The notes beneath the pieces were generated by a model that made no database searches, was not told the DNA's origin, and was given only the letters and a program-made list of their open reading frames with translations. DNA of 64,000 nt. It comes from Kudoa neothunni (taxonomy: Eukaryota > Animalia > Cnidaria). Positions 41,604 through 56,013 of the stretch are shown one piece after another; the stretch's first letter is position 1, and each line of letters begins with the position of its first letter. Made by a program: the position numbers and the translations under genes. The stretch covers positions 4,403,176 through 4,467,175 of the forward strand of contig OZ199839.1 in assembly GCA_964304625.1 (NCBI GenBank), written 5' to 3'.

Positions 41604-43670
41604 CTATTTCTCTTTCAATGTAACATTTTAACTTAACAAAGGCTGTTGTAAAAGCTTAAGCTTATTTTATAATTATGTCACATGAAATTGCAATTGATTA
41701 AAGGGTGAATTTAGATGTCGGAATAGTCTGACAGGCAGTTATGTAAAAAATGAGCTTGTCCTCTCGAGACTTATTAAAGAAAGTGGGATCATGAGTAGAA
41801 TTACATAAACAAGTATTTTTGGAGTTCCAAATTTATATACCATAGCAAAAAAGAAGCGAAAAAATCGTCAACTACGTTTCGAGGTTCAGGTAACTTCAGC
41901 GAGGAAGGAGCCCTCCCAAACAGCCAGGACCCAGGATTCTACAACCTAGTAAGTTTCGCCACAAAATTTACATTATAAATATTATAAAATAAATATGAAA
42001 AGGTATGGAAACACTAACGATAGTTTTAAGCATTTTATCGTATATCTAGAGAACTTATCAATACAATCATCCTCAAATTGTCCAGGTTCCACATCTCCAA
42101 AACTGAGGACTATTCTTAGAAATATTTGATCAAATTTGCTTATTTGAGCGTCTATTAATAGATGGAAATCGCACTTTTAATCAAAAAAGTCTCAACTGCA
42201 TTTTGATTAAATCTGATTTAATACGAATTGCCGTTAGATCAATACCTTAAACGCCGTAATCCCTAATTATATTACAGAAGATAAAAGACTGCCAACCAAA
42301 TAATATTCATAGTTAAATTTTACTGGTACGTCTATTTCATTTTGTCAATTTGAATATTGCTCTCAGTTTTTTACTTAATGCCACTTTGATTCAATGAATT
42401 TAAGATGGTCTCTCTATTGAAACATTTGATAGAAATACCGCATTGTAAAATTCCATCACTTAAAATTTGTATGCTACACGTCGACATATTATATTTGATT
42501 ATTGCGGAATAAAGCCATATAAAGAACAACTAAGCATTTGAATTCAGTTAAGGGGTATTTCACTCAACAATAGAAGGTTATAAAACTGATCTCTCAAGGA
42601 TTGAATAAAGGGATTCACTAAGGTTCTCAAACGACTCAAGAGCTTACTCGACCAACTTGGTTCTAATAACGTGCATAAATCTTCGTGAATATGTTGGAAA
42701 TTAATTTCTATTCACATTATTGCAAAAAATAAGATTGATCTTTAAACCTATAATAAAAATTCGGAATGGCAAACCAATAACTTTTGTTCCGTTAAGGTTA
42801 TCCACCAGAATAATTATGTAGGATTTGTAACATGTTAGTGCCTAATATAAATGAAGACAAAAACTTAAATTTAAAAATTTCTATTAAGAAAGAAAATTCT
42901 TAAAATTAACCACCACTTTATCACATTGTTAACTTGAAAACCAACCTGAATGCATGAATGTGAAATTATTTCCTCCAATTTCTTCCCGTCGTATTTTTAA
43001 TAATTTTAATTTGAAAAAACAACTCAAAAAATATTAAGAATATTCATCTTTCTTTTCTAATTCAATAATACAATTGAAATAATCGCAAACATCATTTACC
43101 TGTATGCAAATACAACGTAAAAAAATTGATTCGAAAAAACAATTTCATTCAATAATAATTTAAAATTGCGTAATTTTGAATAAAATATCAGTGTTCAGAA
43201 TTCTTCAGTTATAAACTACAAACATAATTTCTAATAAATTATACCTAATAGAAACAAGATCTCTTAACTTTTAAATAATTTAATTTTTATAGTTATTTCT
43301 ATTTGGCTTTCAAGATTAAATAGGATATCTACTTCATTATTTCTACCGGTTGCGATGAACGGGTATTGCTTTGCTATGAGCGCAAAAGCTTGGTGATTGG
43401 AGAAATGCTGATATGATAGGTTAGGATCATGTCTCTTCGCTTTCGAAAGGAAAAACGGAGAGAAATGATTATAAAGTCTATTTAAATATAAAATAATATT
43501 CACATACGCAATGTATAAAATCAGCCTTATTCTTGAAATGTGGATATATCACGCAAATAACAAGTCATAAATTTATCATTCACAAGATTTTCATAGTTAA
43601 ATCAAAAACAATTAATGTACTACAAATTCAAGAGTAGTCGTCAGTCATAATTACTATTATTTAGAAATCC

Positions 43671-46600
43671 TTAGTTGGATGGCTTGGATTCGAAATAAAA
43701 CGTGTATAGCTCTAAAGGAGTTGCATTTGTGAATCTTGAAACAAAATTCCACATTGCACATTTCATATGATGAAAATTTTTGAATATTTTTGATTTTTTT
43801 GAAGTGGATAAATTTTTATCGTATGCCGAATCTATACAGTGCCCAATTGCATCCAAACACTCTTTGAATTCATCTGAGTTAGAAACTTCATCAAAAATCC
43901 GTCCCCTAAAAATGATCTCTAGCTTGGAGATGCTTTCTTTAATCGGCTTCAACAGTGAGCCACAACAATCCACCATTTTATCGGTTAAAGTAATTTCGGA
44001 TATTTTCTCCTTTTCGTGCAAAGATGAGCAGTTAGTTGATGTAGTCGAGGAGGGGTTTAACGAATCATTTTTTAGAGGTTTCATGTACTGTGTAATAAGA
44101 GTACTATTGGAATGTTTTACTGAGCTCTTTCCACTACTTCGGTTATTCTTTGACTTTTCATTGTCAGTATTGTTGGAATTTGACTTTTTAGTCTAAAATA
44201 GCAATATTAGTGCCGTAGATAAAAAACTTAAATAATATACTTTTGGAGATTTGGTTGGTTTGTGATGGTCGCTCTCTTTAGAACTAGATTTTGAAGAAGT
44301 AACACTGGTTTGAGTCTTTTTCTTGGTGGGTGTTTTTTTAGATTTTGTGTGTTTCTTTGCATCCTCAAAATGATGATCATCATCGCTGGTTGGTTTAACC
44401 GAATCAACATCGTCTTCATTCTCATAATCTGAAAAACTACCACAATTGGAGTATTTCGTTCTGCAAAGAACATCAACTAAATCACTAAGGCGACTTTTCA
44501 ATTTTTTGGAAATAGCCGAAGTAGACATGTCGATATTTTTGATCTAGTAATATAATTCAGTAACAAAATTATTACAAACCGATAAATGTTCTACCAAGGT
44601 TAACAGACCAGCATCAAACATCTCCTTCCAGTTACCATATCCCACGAAAAAAACTCCAACAATAAGCTCAGCGTCATGTTTTTGTTTCCAGTTAACTTTG
44701 TTGTGAATAGAAAACGGTGGAAATTTACAATATCTAAAACAGGCGCCAAGAGATGGAAACAACTCGCGGAAAAACTCCAGTGTAATATTGCCGACTTTCA
44801 CGTTGGCAAAATCTGAACTTTTATCAACAATATGACTTTTGATGTGTTGTGAAATCGGTTTAGCCATCTGTTCCCATTCATATAGTTCGGCACTACTGAT
44901 TTGCACATTATTGATAGTCAATTTATTGGAACGAGTAGATTTGGCTTTGGAAGATGATTTCGGATTAGCTTTAGGCAATATACTATGAAGCCATTTGGAA
45001 AGTTGTTGAACTTGTTTGATGGGTTTATTGGATAACGAAGCATCTCTAGCTACAACCTCGCATCGTTCCCATGCTGATGGAAATTTTTTATAACTGGCAA
45101 CAAACTTTTTAATATCATGGCCAGTAAGTCCAATGAAATCGTTTACAAACTGAGAGAGCTTTCCTTTTTTTCGAGAAGCAGAAGTTGACTTCTTGTCATC
45201 ACTCGAATCCACATAATTATCATCACCAGAATTGTCCTCGTTATCATATTTATGGGCCTGTTTCTTGTTAGTTTTAGAGATAGATTTTTTGGAAGTTGTC
45301 TTTGATGTTAATGCGGTCAAGGGATCTATCAACGGAACAGTGGAGCGTCTTCTGGGAGGAAGATAGAGCTGAGCCATGCGTGCCGTTTCCTCCTCGTCCA
45401 GAATTCTTCGTCGTTCATGTTCAGGAATAATATCATCCCACTTGAGACCCACTTCAGATTCGGATTCATCGTTTTCGCCGTTATCATCACCCATATCAAA
45501 GTCAGATGTTTTAAAGTTGGCCACTTTGAATGATGACAACAACTCCTCACTAACATTGTTTACGTTGTTTGGAGAGGGGTTCGAATTAAGTTGATCACCG
45601 TCATGTTCCTCAGCAAGCAGCAGAATTTGATCAATGTCCATTTCCTCGAGTTTGTCATCGTTATCGTCATCTTCTTCTTTGAACAGTTCTTCAGCGCCAA
45701 ACTTGATAATTGAAGAGAGATCCTTTTTATCGAGATTCGACGCTATAGAATTGGACTTGGTGTTGCTACCACCACTTCCACCGATGAAGCCACCTCCCAC
45801 TCCACTCATTGTTTGAATGACAAGATGATCAAGAACCATTTTCTTTTTCGCTCGTTCGACAATAGTCTCATCAACTGAGCCTTTGGTGACCAGCCGATAA
45901 ATTTTGACAGTCTTGGTCTGGCCGATACGATGGGCTCTGGCTTGGGCTTGTAGATCGTTCTGAGGATTCCAGTCCGAATCGAATATGATAACCACATCCG
46001 CGCTGACCAAATTAATACCGAGACCACCAGCACGTGTTGAGAGTAGGAAACAAAAATTCTCTGAACCTACAGCATTAAATTCGTTCATGGCTTGTTTACG
46101 TTTGGCTTCACCAACCGAACCATCCAAACGTTGGAACGAATACCCTTTCAGTGTCAGGTACGCAGACAAAATATCCAAAATCATAATCATTTGCGAAAAT
46201 ATCAACACACGACTGCCATCCCTTTTAAATCGTTCTAAAAGCTTATCCAATAGTATCATTTTTCCCCCTCCTCTCAATATATCCTGCAGAGTACAATCCA
46301 CAAGATCCGTATGGGTGATTAAACTAGTGTGATTGCAGCATTTTTTCAATTCCATCATCACATTCAAAAATCCAGTGATATTACATTTCAGCTCCTTCGA
46401 TAGTTGAGTATAGTTTTTGGTGAGGATACATTTGTAGAGATCTTTTTGCTTCTTGGTCATTTCTACACGAAGAATTTGCTCAATCTTTGGTGGCAGTGAT
46501 TTTTCTACATCTTTCTTCATCCGTCTAAGAATGTATGGGGATATTTCTTTTTGCAATTTCATGTAGCCGGATTTGGGATCAACCTGAGAGAAATTCATCT

Positions 46601-48955
46601 CAAAATCATCCCATGAAGGATAACGATCTGGGAGAATAAAGTGCAGAATAGACCAAAGTTCACGTAAATTGTTTTGTAGAGGGGTGCCAGTCATCAACAA
46701 CCGATGACTAGAGTAGAAAGTCTGTAGAGTGATGTACAGAGAACTCTCCACATTCTTTAGTCGATGAGCCTCATCAACAATCAACGAAACCCAGTCAAAT
46801 TGACCGATAAATTCTTTATCTTTGATAATCATCTCGTAAGTGGTAACTAAAACATGAAATTTTAACTGGAAATTATAGATGTTAAATTCTTGAGAAGCTT
46901 GTGATTCAGCTGTATTTTGATCGCTCCGGATTTTTTCAAACAAATCTGGATTGTCATCTGCATCATTATCGAACATGGTGTATTTTCTCATGTTTTTTCT
47001 ACTCTCAGCATTGCCTGTATAACCAATAACAGTAAGTCCGGGGGCCCATTTTTGAAAGTGTGTCTTCCAACTTTCAACAGTGGACAATGGGACAACAATC
47101 AAATAAGGGCCACTGATTTGGTAGGTATGATATAACGTTGATATGAAGGAGATAACCTGTACAGTTTTCCCAAGACCCATTTCATCTGCAAGAATAACGC
47201 TTTTCTTTCTGCAGAAGGAACTGGTCATCCAGTTAATTCCTTCAAGTTGATAGTCACGAAGTATATTACATGTGGTGTGAAGAGGTTGTATATTGTAGGA
47301 TACCGGTGGATTTGTTTCATCTTCCAACTTAACATCTTCCAATTCAAATTTGGTGGACTCATTACAGTTACAGTGGGCAATGAAATCAGGAGTGTTATCA
47401 ACTTTGTAAAACTTGAGATTTCCCATGCGTCTCAAATCCAACTGATAGTACATTTTAGATTTCTTCAAAAAGTATTCTCTGATTGCATTGTGAAACAGCT
47501 TGTGGATAAATGCCGCATCCTCCCAAGTTGCGTCACTGCAGGGCAAATTATTCCAATGACATAGAAAATGCACTCCTTCAGATAACAACTCATCTAAATT
47601 GATGTCACTCGTCGACTCGTACAATGAATACTGTTCTAAAGCAACGTTGCTGGGTGATATTGCTAACAGACAATCGAGTTTAGTGAATTCTTCAAGCACA
47701 CTGTCTATTGCTTGATTCTTATCGGTGACCATGCTTTGAGAATGTTCATCCATTAAACTTACTGGATCAACTGTACACGATGGATCAATATTGTTGTCTT
47801 GACAGAAATTTTGAAGTTTTTTGGTATTGGTAACACCCAAGTCCGTGAGACTTTTCTCCGTCTCCCAGCTACAATGAAGATAGGACTTGTCCTTCCATTT
47901 TATAAGAAATTGCATCACATAGAGCTTGGAATCTTCTTGTTTGACCGTTTCCTTATTAGATATTAATTGATATTCATCTCCCGACATTACAGTATCTTCG
48001 ATCGCTTCAATTTTCAACACAGTAGTATCATCAACCAAAGGGATAAACGAATCATCCGCATGTTGCTTACTGCCATTTTCGTCCTGGAGGGGCAGATGGA
48101 GTTGGTGTATTTTACTACCAATCAGACTGACAGCCCCAAATCTATAGTTTAAAACTTTGTCAATGAGAGGTTTCTTCGACGTTGAATAAGCCATATCATT
48201 GTATTTGGTTTCCATTCCAAACTGATTTATATCAAATTTTTTCGATGTAACATGTGTTGATTCACAAGATGGCAAGTGATCCTCATCACCACTGGCAGCA
48301 GGCTCATACTTGTAAAAGTAGTCATTCTCGTCGTATTCCTCTTCGGAAAACAACTCTTCTTCAGTGGTTGTATCACCATAGTCGACTTCACCGTAGGTGG
48401 AAGACTTTTTTTTCTTTTTGAATTTTATAGAAGGGCGTCGAGATTTGCCAAATGCGCTTGATATACTGCGTTTAGTTGAGGATGGTGTTTTGGTTTTCTT
48501 GGTGGATTTGGTAGCGGCCCGCTTTTTCGATCTTTTTGAACCAATCACAAATTCATCATCATCCGAGTCCAACTCATCTATTGGTTCGGAGACTTCACAT
48601 TCACTCAAATAATATTCATCGTATTCCTCTTCATCGGGTGGCAAGGCTATTTGCGATGAACGTTCTTCATAAAGATCGTCGTCATCGTCGCCACAATCAC
48701 TGATTTCATCACTGGTAAAATCATTAAAATCGTCAAACATATTTTCATTATTAGTATCGTCGGGGAGAGTAGTGCCCCCATTAGCAATAGGATCAATCGG
48801 TTGTTGATCAGAAGCAATTGCATCTGATTCTGCTTGAAAAATTAACTCATCAACATCATTATTTACATCCATACTACAACAATTAGAGCTAATTCATTAA
48901 ATAGAATAGATTACGTTTCCCGCGTTTCATTATTCTCATTGTTGGGAGAGGGCAT
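43671..48955 (-). CDS. CHD1: Chromodomain-helicase-DNA-binding protein 1/2; 4 exons (introns ~48914-48874, ~44579-44544, ~44240-44193)
   Basis: Double chromodomain (FLIKWKDKSYLHCSWE; W..LP.SDATWED), SNF2 ATPase (LRDYQLEG, ILADEMGLGKT, VDEAHRLKN, FLLSTRAGGLGINL, WNPQNDLQAQARAHRIGQ), LYLPPR, SANT/SLIDE-like GYGNW, C-terminal CHCT-like helix bundle. Confidence 0.96.
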
Positions 48956-50766
48956 TTTCACAGTTGTTCACAACCAACTTCAACTAATCTATGCCGATAA
49001 CAATCAAGCTTTAAGAAAGCATTTAACGTTAAAAATGTACTAGCCAATGTTTAGGTTATTGATTCGATTCGATAGACTAGGCAACAACGGAACACAGACA
49101 GCCTTCGAACCAGCCTTTATTGCGTATACAGATTCTGAGCGTGTTAACATGCGCCAACTTTATCAACTGACATCAGCGACAAAATTCACTCCAAAATCAA
49201 ATTAAACATCGCACAGCGACTCACATAAATTGATCAGTAATTTAACTCAATTATGTGCACTAATTAGACAATTCATTGTTGATTTCATGTGTTTTAACAG
49301 AAATTGTTGTCTATAAGTCAAAAGGTTTTAATTTAAACTAATAATAAAGTGATAAATTAGTAACAACCCTCAACCGAAAAGCTGAGGCAGCCAGATCAAT
49401 TAAATCCTTCGCCAGCCATCGTTAATTCTACCATAACGACTATTTGTTTTCACCTATCTAATCATTGGTTTGTTGTAGGTTAGTTGCGGCTAATTGGTTT
49501 ATAAATTAAAACTTGCACGATAAATTTCTTGATTATAAATTGAAAGTACATTTAACTGTTTCGGTGAGAATAGATAGCGCCGGGCGTATGGAAGCAGACG
49601 CGTCAGAATATTAGCGTACTTATAGTGATTGTATCCATTCAAAAATATACCAATGTGTATATAATAGAAAAAAAATATTGAGCAATTATAGTGCGCATAA
49701 ATATTTCCTATTAAAAAGTTTTGCTTTTTTTTCATGATCGTTCCAATTCGTGGATCATTTTACTAATTATAATCTGGATTTTGACTACACGAGACAACAA
49801 TGATGGCCGAAGTGGCTTCGTTTTTGTCAATTTTACTCAATTATACACTCGGAAAACGTTTTCATATTATTTTTAAACTTTTTGAATGTAATTTTGAAAC
49901 TATTCTAGTACATTTAATACCTAAATTTACGCTGATTTCGACGTGAATGGCTGAGTGCGTGGCACCTGTAAATTATCATCTTTTGCATGTTTTTTCCACT
50001 TTTTTATTGTTTCTTGTAATAAAATGGAATTCCAAGTACTAAAATTTGTATCAAAATAACAAACTGTTAAGTTTAACAACTCATCATCTGAACAATACTG
50101 GATACGGGTGCCATATACACCGTGTAAAGATAAACACTGAATATTCTCTTGTTTTTCAATAAAACCTTATTTTTATGATTTATTATTGTCGATAATAAAT
50201 CAGTTTCTTAATTTATATAACATATTACTTATTTAATGAAATAATGAGTTAGCTTAACACATGTAAAGAAATGGTTTCATCGAGTTCAATAGGATATGAT
50301 GTTTTTCATTTATTAATGTTCCGATAAAATTATTTTATACATTACTGGATAATGGATAACTTCGAATTTTCCTTATCGATGTTCTAATTGTTATAATTTT
50401 AATAGAGATTTCAGTAACAAAACGCAATAAAATTTTTTACCTGAAAACATAATATCCCAATAAGGATTCCATTAGCATATAATTCTTTAAATATTCCTAA
50501 AACATTCATAGGCAATAAAAACCTAATTTAATGACAACATTTTATCACTACAGAACGAATACATAGATAAGACAATGACATGTTTTAAAATTATGGAATT
50601 ATTGTCAACCGTTTTATTACTTTAAATAAAGATTATCCAATATTCGTAACAAGATCATACATATTATTTTGAAAACAAATATAGAATGCAGTAATAAATA
50701 AACAAATATTTTTAAAGTAAAAGTTCCATGTAATTAGAGCTCTAATTAAATATACCTTTGTTCATA

Positions 50767-51979
50767 CAGTGTTTCAAGTCCAAGATGCATTATTTGAAAA
50801 AAACAGGCAATTATTAAATATTAAAACAATAAATCGATAGTCAATAACTTCGTTGTTTAAGTATCGTGGGAAATAACTCTCCGCACGATTACAATAGTTT
50901 TGACGTTGTATAAACGTCACATCATTTGGACTAGATTTTATCGCCTCTATAAGTTCAGTTTTGGTTGAAAAGTTCCTCGATCGGGTTAAGAAACGGGGAA
51001 TATGACGGTAGAAACAGAATCGAGTGATTTGTTTCTGCCACAAGATCCATGATTTAGTCAGCTTTGTGGAACTTTACATTGTCCGTTATGAGCAATGCAT
51101 TTGATACAAGGTTCAATTGTAGCTCCATGAAAAGTTGGATTAAATATTCAGAAAATATATTTTCATTTACTGAGCCCTCATATACTTTGGTTGACTATAC
51201 TTTCTAGGGGCTCATTGCGGCCATCAACGTAATATTTCTAGAGCGGACGGTTCTCATGGTTAAATTTGCTCTAGATCTAACAGGGACCTTCTAAAAAAGC
51301 GTCTCGTTGATAAAGAGAATCCTGCTTCATCAATATAGAGAACAAGAGAATAGTTATGCTTTTGTTGAAGATAATTTATTACATAACTAACTTAGATTAC
51401 ATTTTAATTTATTATATATAATTTTTTTTCTTTTCTCTATATTCTCAAGTAGATTTCTGCCAACAGGAACTATGGAAATTTTTTTTAGTGAATAGTGAAA
51501 TCCTTCAAGAACATTAGCAATCGTTTGCCTGGATACATTGATGTTATATTGTGAATTTAGCATTTCCCCTAAAGATGTTAATGTTATAGTGCAATCGTCC
51601 TCAACAAGTTGTTTTAAGAATTGTGTGTTCGTCGTATAATAATTGACGTAGGTTGCCTCCCATTTTTTTCTTTTCCACATTTCCCGTAGAATCCTTCAAT
51701 TTAAGAATTCTTGTGACAGTAGTTGGATGAACTCCAACATACTTGGCAATTTTTTTAGTTGGGACTTTTTCCTTAAAGTTATATAGCTAATTAATTAAAA
51801 ATAACAAACTTCTGATAAATTTAGAATTAAATCTCGTGAAGTCATATTTGTTTTGTTATATTTTCTTTTTTTCGCGGTTGAATTAATTATTATATCAGCT
51901 GAACCTATAAGATTTGCTTCATGGTCGGATGTGAATGCATCTTGATCGGACATCGATCCATCTTGAACTTTAAACACCG
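50767..51979 (-). mobile_element. Tc1/IS630-like transposon, decayed
   Basis: TIR CAGTGTTTCAAGTCCAAGATG / CATCTTGAACTTTAAACACCG with TA flanks. HTH IAKYVGVHPTTV, YSLKK, YIDEAGF, DNVKFHK. Confidence 0.88.
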
Positions 51980-52379
51980 TAATAACCATCAAAGGATAGT
52001 CTCAATTTGTTTATGTGATACATGGCATTATTCATGATACCTTGCCCACAATGGAAGTGTTGTTCATCTTGGAGAACTTCATCCAGTAATGGAAAATTAG
52101 CAAGATTTCCACTTTCTACTCTCGAATACCATAAGATTAGTTTTTTCCTGAAAGCTCGCAGTTTCTCAGAAGCTATCACCATGTTAATTCCCTCCTTTGA
52201 ATTGAACAATTTAAATCGTTCAGATGTTGAAATATATCTGCCAAATATGCTAGTATTACTGAAAAAGTAGGGTTCTCCATAGCGTTAGCAAGGCTGGACT
52301 CTTGCATTCTTAAGAATTTTTCAACTTTCTTTCCTAAGGTGAATAATCTAGCCAAGACTTTACAACGAGAAAGCCATCA

Positions 52380-52508
<129 letters not shown>

Positions 52509-53232
52509 TTAGAGGTTCTGGCAAAGTCTTCGACATTAAGGCCTGGCGGTGTAGGATACAATGCGTGACCACTACATCAGGCATTTCCTTTCTCATGAGA
52601 GCAACGAGTCCAGATTTAACACCCAGCATCGTAGGAGCACTATCCGTACAAATTGATCCAATGGTAGTTAATGGAATCTCCATATTATTAAAAAAAAGAT
52701 TTGATTACATTAAATATATCCCCAGCAGTTGTCGTTGTGTTCATAGGCTTACAAAAAAGAAATTCTTCACGAATGATGTTTTCTTTAACGAAGCAAACAA
52801 ACGTTATTAGCTGACTCCAATTGTCTACGTCCGTCAATTCATCCAGTTGAATTGATATCTTCAGATGTAATTCTTTGTTATTAAAAATAAGTTGGCCAAG
52901 AATATCATCACCAATGGCATCTATTCTGTTCCTTATAACATTGTTGGACATAAGGATCCTTTGAAGTTTTATTACAGATTCGACAATACAAGTTTTTATC
53001 AGATCCTCCGCAATTGTATGAGCTTTTTTCTTTTTCGCAATTTCATGAGCAATCTTAAAGGAAGCCAAAAGTAAAGGTTTCTCCTCATTAACAAATCCAT
53101 AACTTGCAAGTGTTCCTTTCATGTCGTATCGAGTTCTTTTGGCTTTCAGCGAATCGAAATTGTTTCCAGTTTTTGAACTACCACCATGAATAGCTTGAAA
53201 ATATTCATCGAGCTTGGATGGTTTTAGGTTAA

Positions 53233-55647
53233 CCCGTATAGACTATATGTTGCGATAACGCAACAAAACTTTGTTGTTATTTTTCTCATACGTTAGTGGG
53301 TACGATGACACAAAATTGATTTAATTATTTAGAAGAATACATAAATTTTTATTTTATAGAAAAAAATAACTTCTGCAATTTAAAATGTGACTATAATTAA
53401 ATGTGCGAAAGGTCATCATTGAAGTGTTTTCATATTCTTCCGTTTATTTCATAGCGTTAAACTCAATGATGCCAATAATTTAAAAATAATTAGATCATGA
53501 TATGATAATTGTCCTTAAAATGAAAGAAGCGATCTAAAAAGTTTCCTTCAAAGTTTAATATAAGGATCAATTTTTGTTGCGCGAACGCAACATATAATCT
53601 ACGGCGACAATTTTGTCATAAAATGGAGAACAAGCGCTATAATCTATACCTTGACGTAATAAATGAAATCGAAGAAAATGCGGATGAAAATCTGATCGAT
53701 ATAGTTATTATTCCTCCAGAAAGGGTTGATGTTGTAACTGATAACGAAAGTACAAATGACGAAGACACGAATACTTTCAGCGATAATCAACTCAACAAAG
53801 AAATATCATGTCAAGTGGAAGTAATTAATAAAGATTTTGACGATATTGAAGACGAATTATTCTGTTTGGAGCTTAATGATTACTCAAACAGATCTGTATC
53901 CAATAGGGATCCAGATATTTCTCTGGAAGGTATAAACGAAAGGGTTTTTATACATAATCTTAAGTATTTTATTAGATGGTTGTGACTTTTACTTGGATAA
54001 ATTTGAACCCACGATTGTTGCAATGGATGAACGCGAGATTTTTGAATTGTTCTTTGACTCCAATGTCTTAAATTTGATTATTAAAGAAAGTGTCACATAT
54101 GCCGGTCAAAATAACGAGATTGATTTTGACATTGAAAAAAATGAATTGATGAATTTTATTGGAATTTTGATATTGAGTGGTTATAACCGTCTTCCAAGAC
54201 AACGAATGTATTGGGAAGAAGGTATGGATTGCGGTGTTGAAGCAGTAAAGAAATGTATGTCCTACAAAAGATTCACACAAATAAAAAAATATATTCACTT
54301 ATGCGACAATAGTTTACTTTCTGATGATGCATATAAAAATGAACGCTTTTTTAAGGTTAGAAATTATATGAACATCTTGAACAAAAACTTTCAACGATTC
54401 GGTTACTTTTCGAGATGTCTTTCCATCGACGAACAAATGATACCTTATTTTGGACATCATTCCGCAAAAATGTATATAAAAGGTAAACCAATCAAATTTG
54501 GTTTTAAATGTTGGTGTCTATGTTCGTACGATGGCTATGTCTTCTCCACAGACATTTATTGTGGAAAAGGAACAAACATAGATAAGAAATTAGGGTTAGG
54601 TGGTAGTGTCGTAAAAAACTTTGTGAAATTGGTCGAATATCCTAGACTCCACGAGTTTTATTTCGACAATTTCTTCACTTCAGTGGGACTTTTAAACTAT
54701 TTGTCTTCTTTAAACGTAAAAGCCACCGGAACGGTTCGACAAAATAGGACCCTGAAGTGTCCATTTACATGCGATACAGTTTTCAAAAAAGAAAATCGTG
54801 GTTTTTTTGAATCATACAATGCCAACAAAGTGATGCTGGTTAAATGGAATGATACCAGGCCAGTTATTATAGGGACAAATTTTGATCAAATTGAACCAAT
54901 AAAGAATGCCAGAAGGTATTCTAAGGGTAATAAAAGAGATGTGTATATTCCAATGCCAAACGTTGTTGCCAGCCATAACCATTATATGGGTGGCGTTGAT
55001 TCCCTCGATTCAGCTATTGCCACCTACAGAATTTCAATAGCTGGAAAAAAGTGGTATTGGAATATATTTTGCAATTATATCGATATGGCAGTTTCCAATT
55101 CACAAAAAATATTTAAATTGCTCCATCCTGATACTGGGGATTCCCTTATGTTTCGAAGAACGCTTGTGTCAAAACTTTTAACTGTCAAATTCGATACAAC
55201 AAGAAAACGCATATCCTCAGTATCTTTCCAATTTACACGCAATTTATGTAGCGATAAAACTATTGAGCGACGTATGGATGAAAAAAGAGCAAGATGCAAA
55301 ATTTGCAAGTCCAATACTGTGTTTGTTTGTCGTGGTTGCTGTTTGCCATGTCACCCTACTTGTTTTAACAAACTTCATTAACTGGTACCTTACACTCAAT
55401 TATTTTATTGTTTTCATGCTTGTTTTTTTCAAAACAAAGTTATGTATACGATTATAAATAAATTTAATCCATTAATCCCTATGGTCGCTGTAGATTATAT
55501 GTTGCGTTAACGCAACATGTTAAAGAGTATGTTAAAACAAAGATATTTTTTTTATTTTAAAATATATAATTCACAAATGTATTTTGAGAGTATATACAAA
55601 ATTATAGCTCTGTAACTTAAGGACAAAGGGTACCGAGTCTATATGGG
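53233..55647 (+). mobile_element. piggyBac element, apparently complete (2415 bp)
   Basis: TTAA on both sides; TIR CCCGTATAGACT / AGTCTATATGGG; three palindromic subterminal repeats TGTTGCGnnAACGCAACA. Confidence 0.96.
53623..55381 (+). CDS. piggyBac transposase, 570 aa after splicing a 46-nt intron (53930-53975)
   Basis: Exon 1 ...SLE-G|AT joins exon 2 in frame. DDD triad SIDEQM / FDNFF / GGVDSLD; C-terminal Cys-rich domain RCKIC...C..C..PCH..CF..H. Confidence 0.9.
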
Positions 55648-56013
55648 TTAACATTGGACAATGCTGAGTTGCAAAGAATACAACGACGGCGGTCTATTCC
55701 TTCAATGGTAACTTTTGTGAAGCCATACCGAGTATAATCCTCATTCCATTTTCTAACCTTTTAGGAAGCAACCATGATGATGCGTGGACAATGTTAATTC
55801 GCTCATTAAATACACAGCATTAAGTTGAAATCTGTTATTATTAGATTATTTCATTAACAAGATATCCCATTATATGATATTTAATTAAATACGGTAGCTT
55901 CGAACTGAATTTCTGAACTCAAATTTTTTCTTTCAGTCATATAATCAGGCTTAAATTCTTAATTCATCATAGGGTGCTCCTCCACCCCCTATAGAGGAAC
56001 CCAGTTCTACTAG

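Noticed and set aside
42000-42700. Decayed helicase- or MULE-like coding traces
   Set aside because: Motifs too degenerate to assign.
49499-50140. Possible small exons upstream of CHD1
   Set aside because: No coherent reading frame or recognisable homology.
50767-51979. Possible Fanzor/TnpB cargo in the IS630-like element
   Set aside because: The 1.2-kb element is filled by the transposase; no RuvC or Zn-finger ORF is present.
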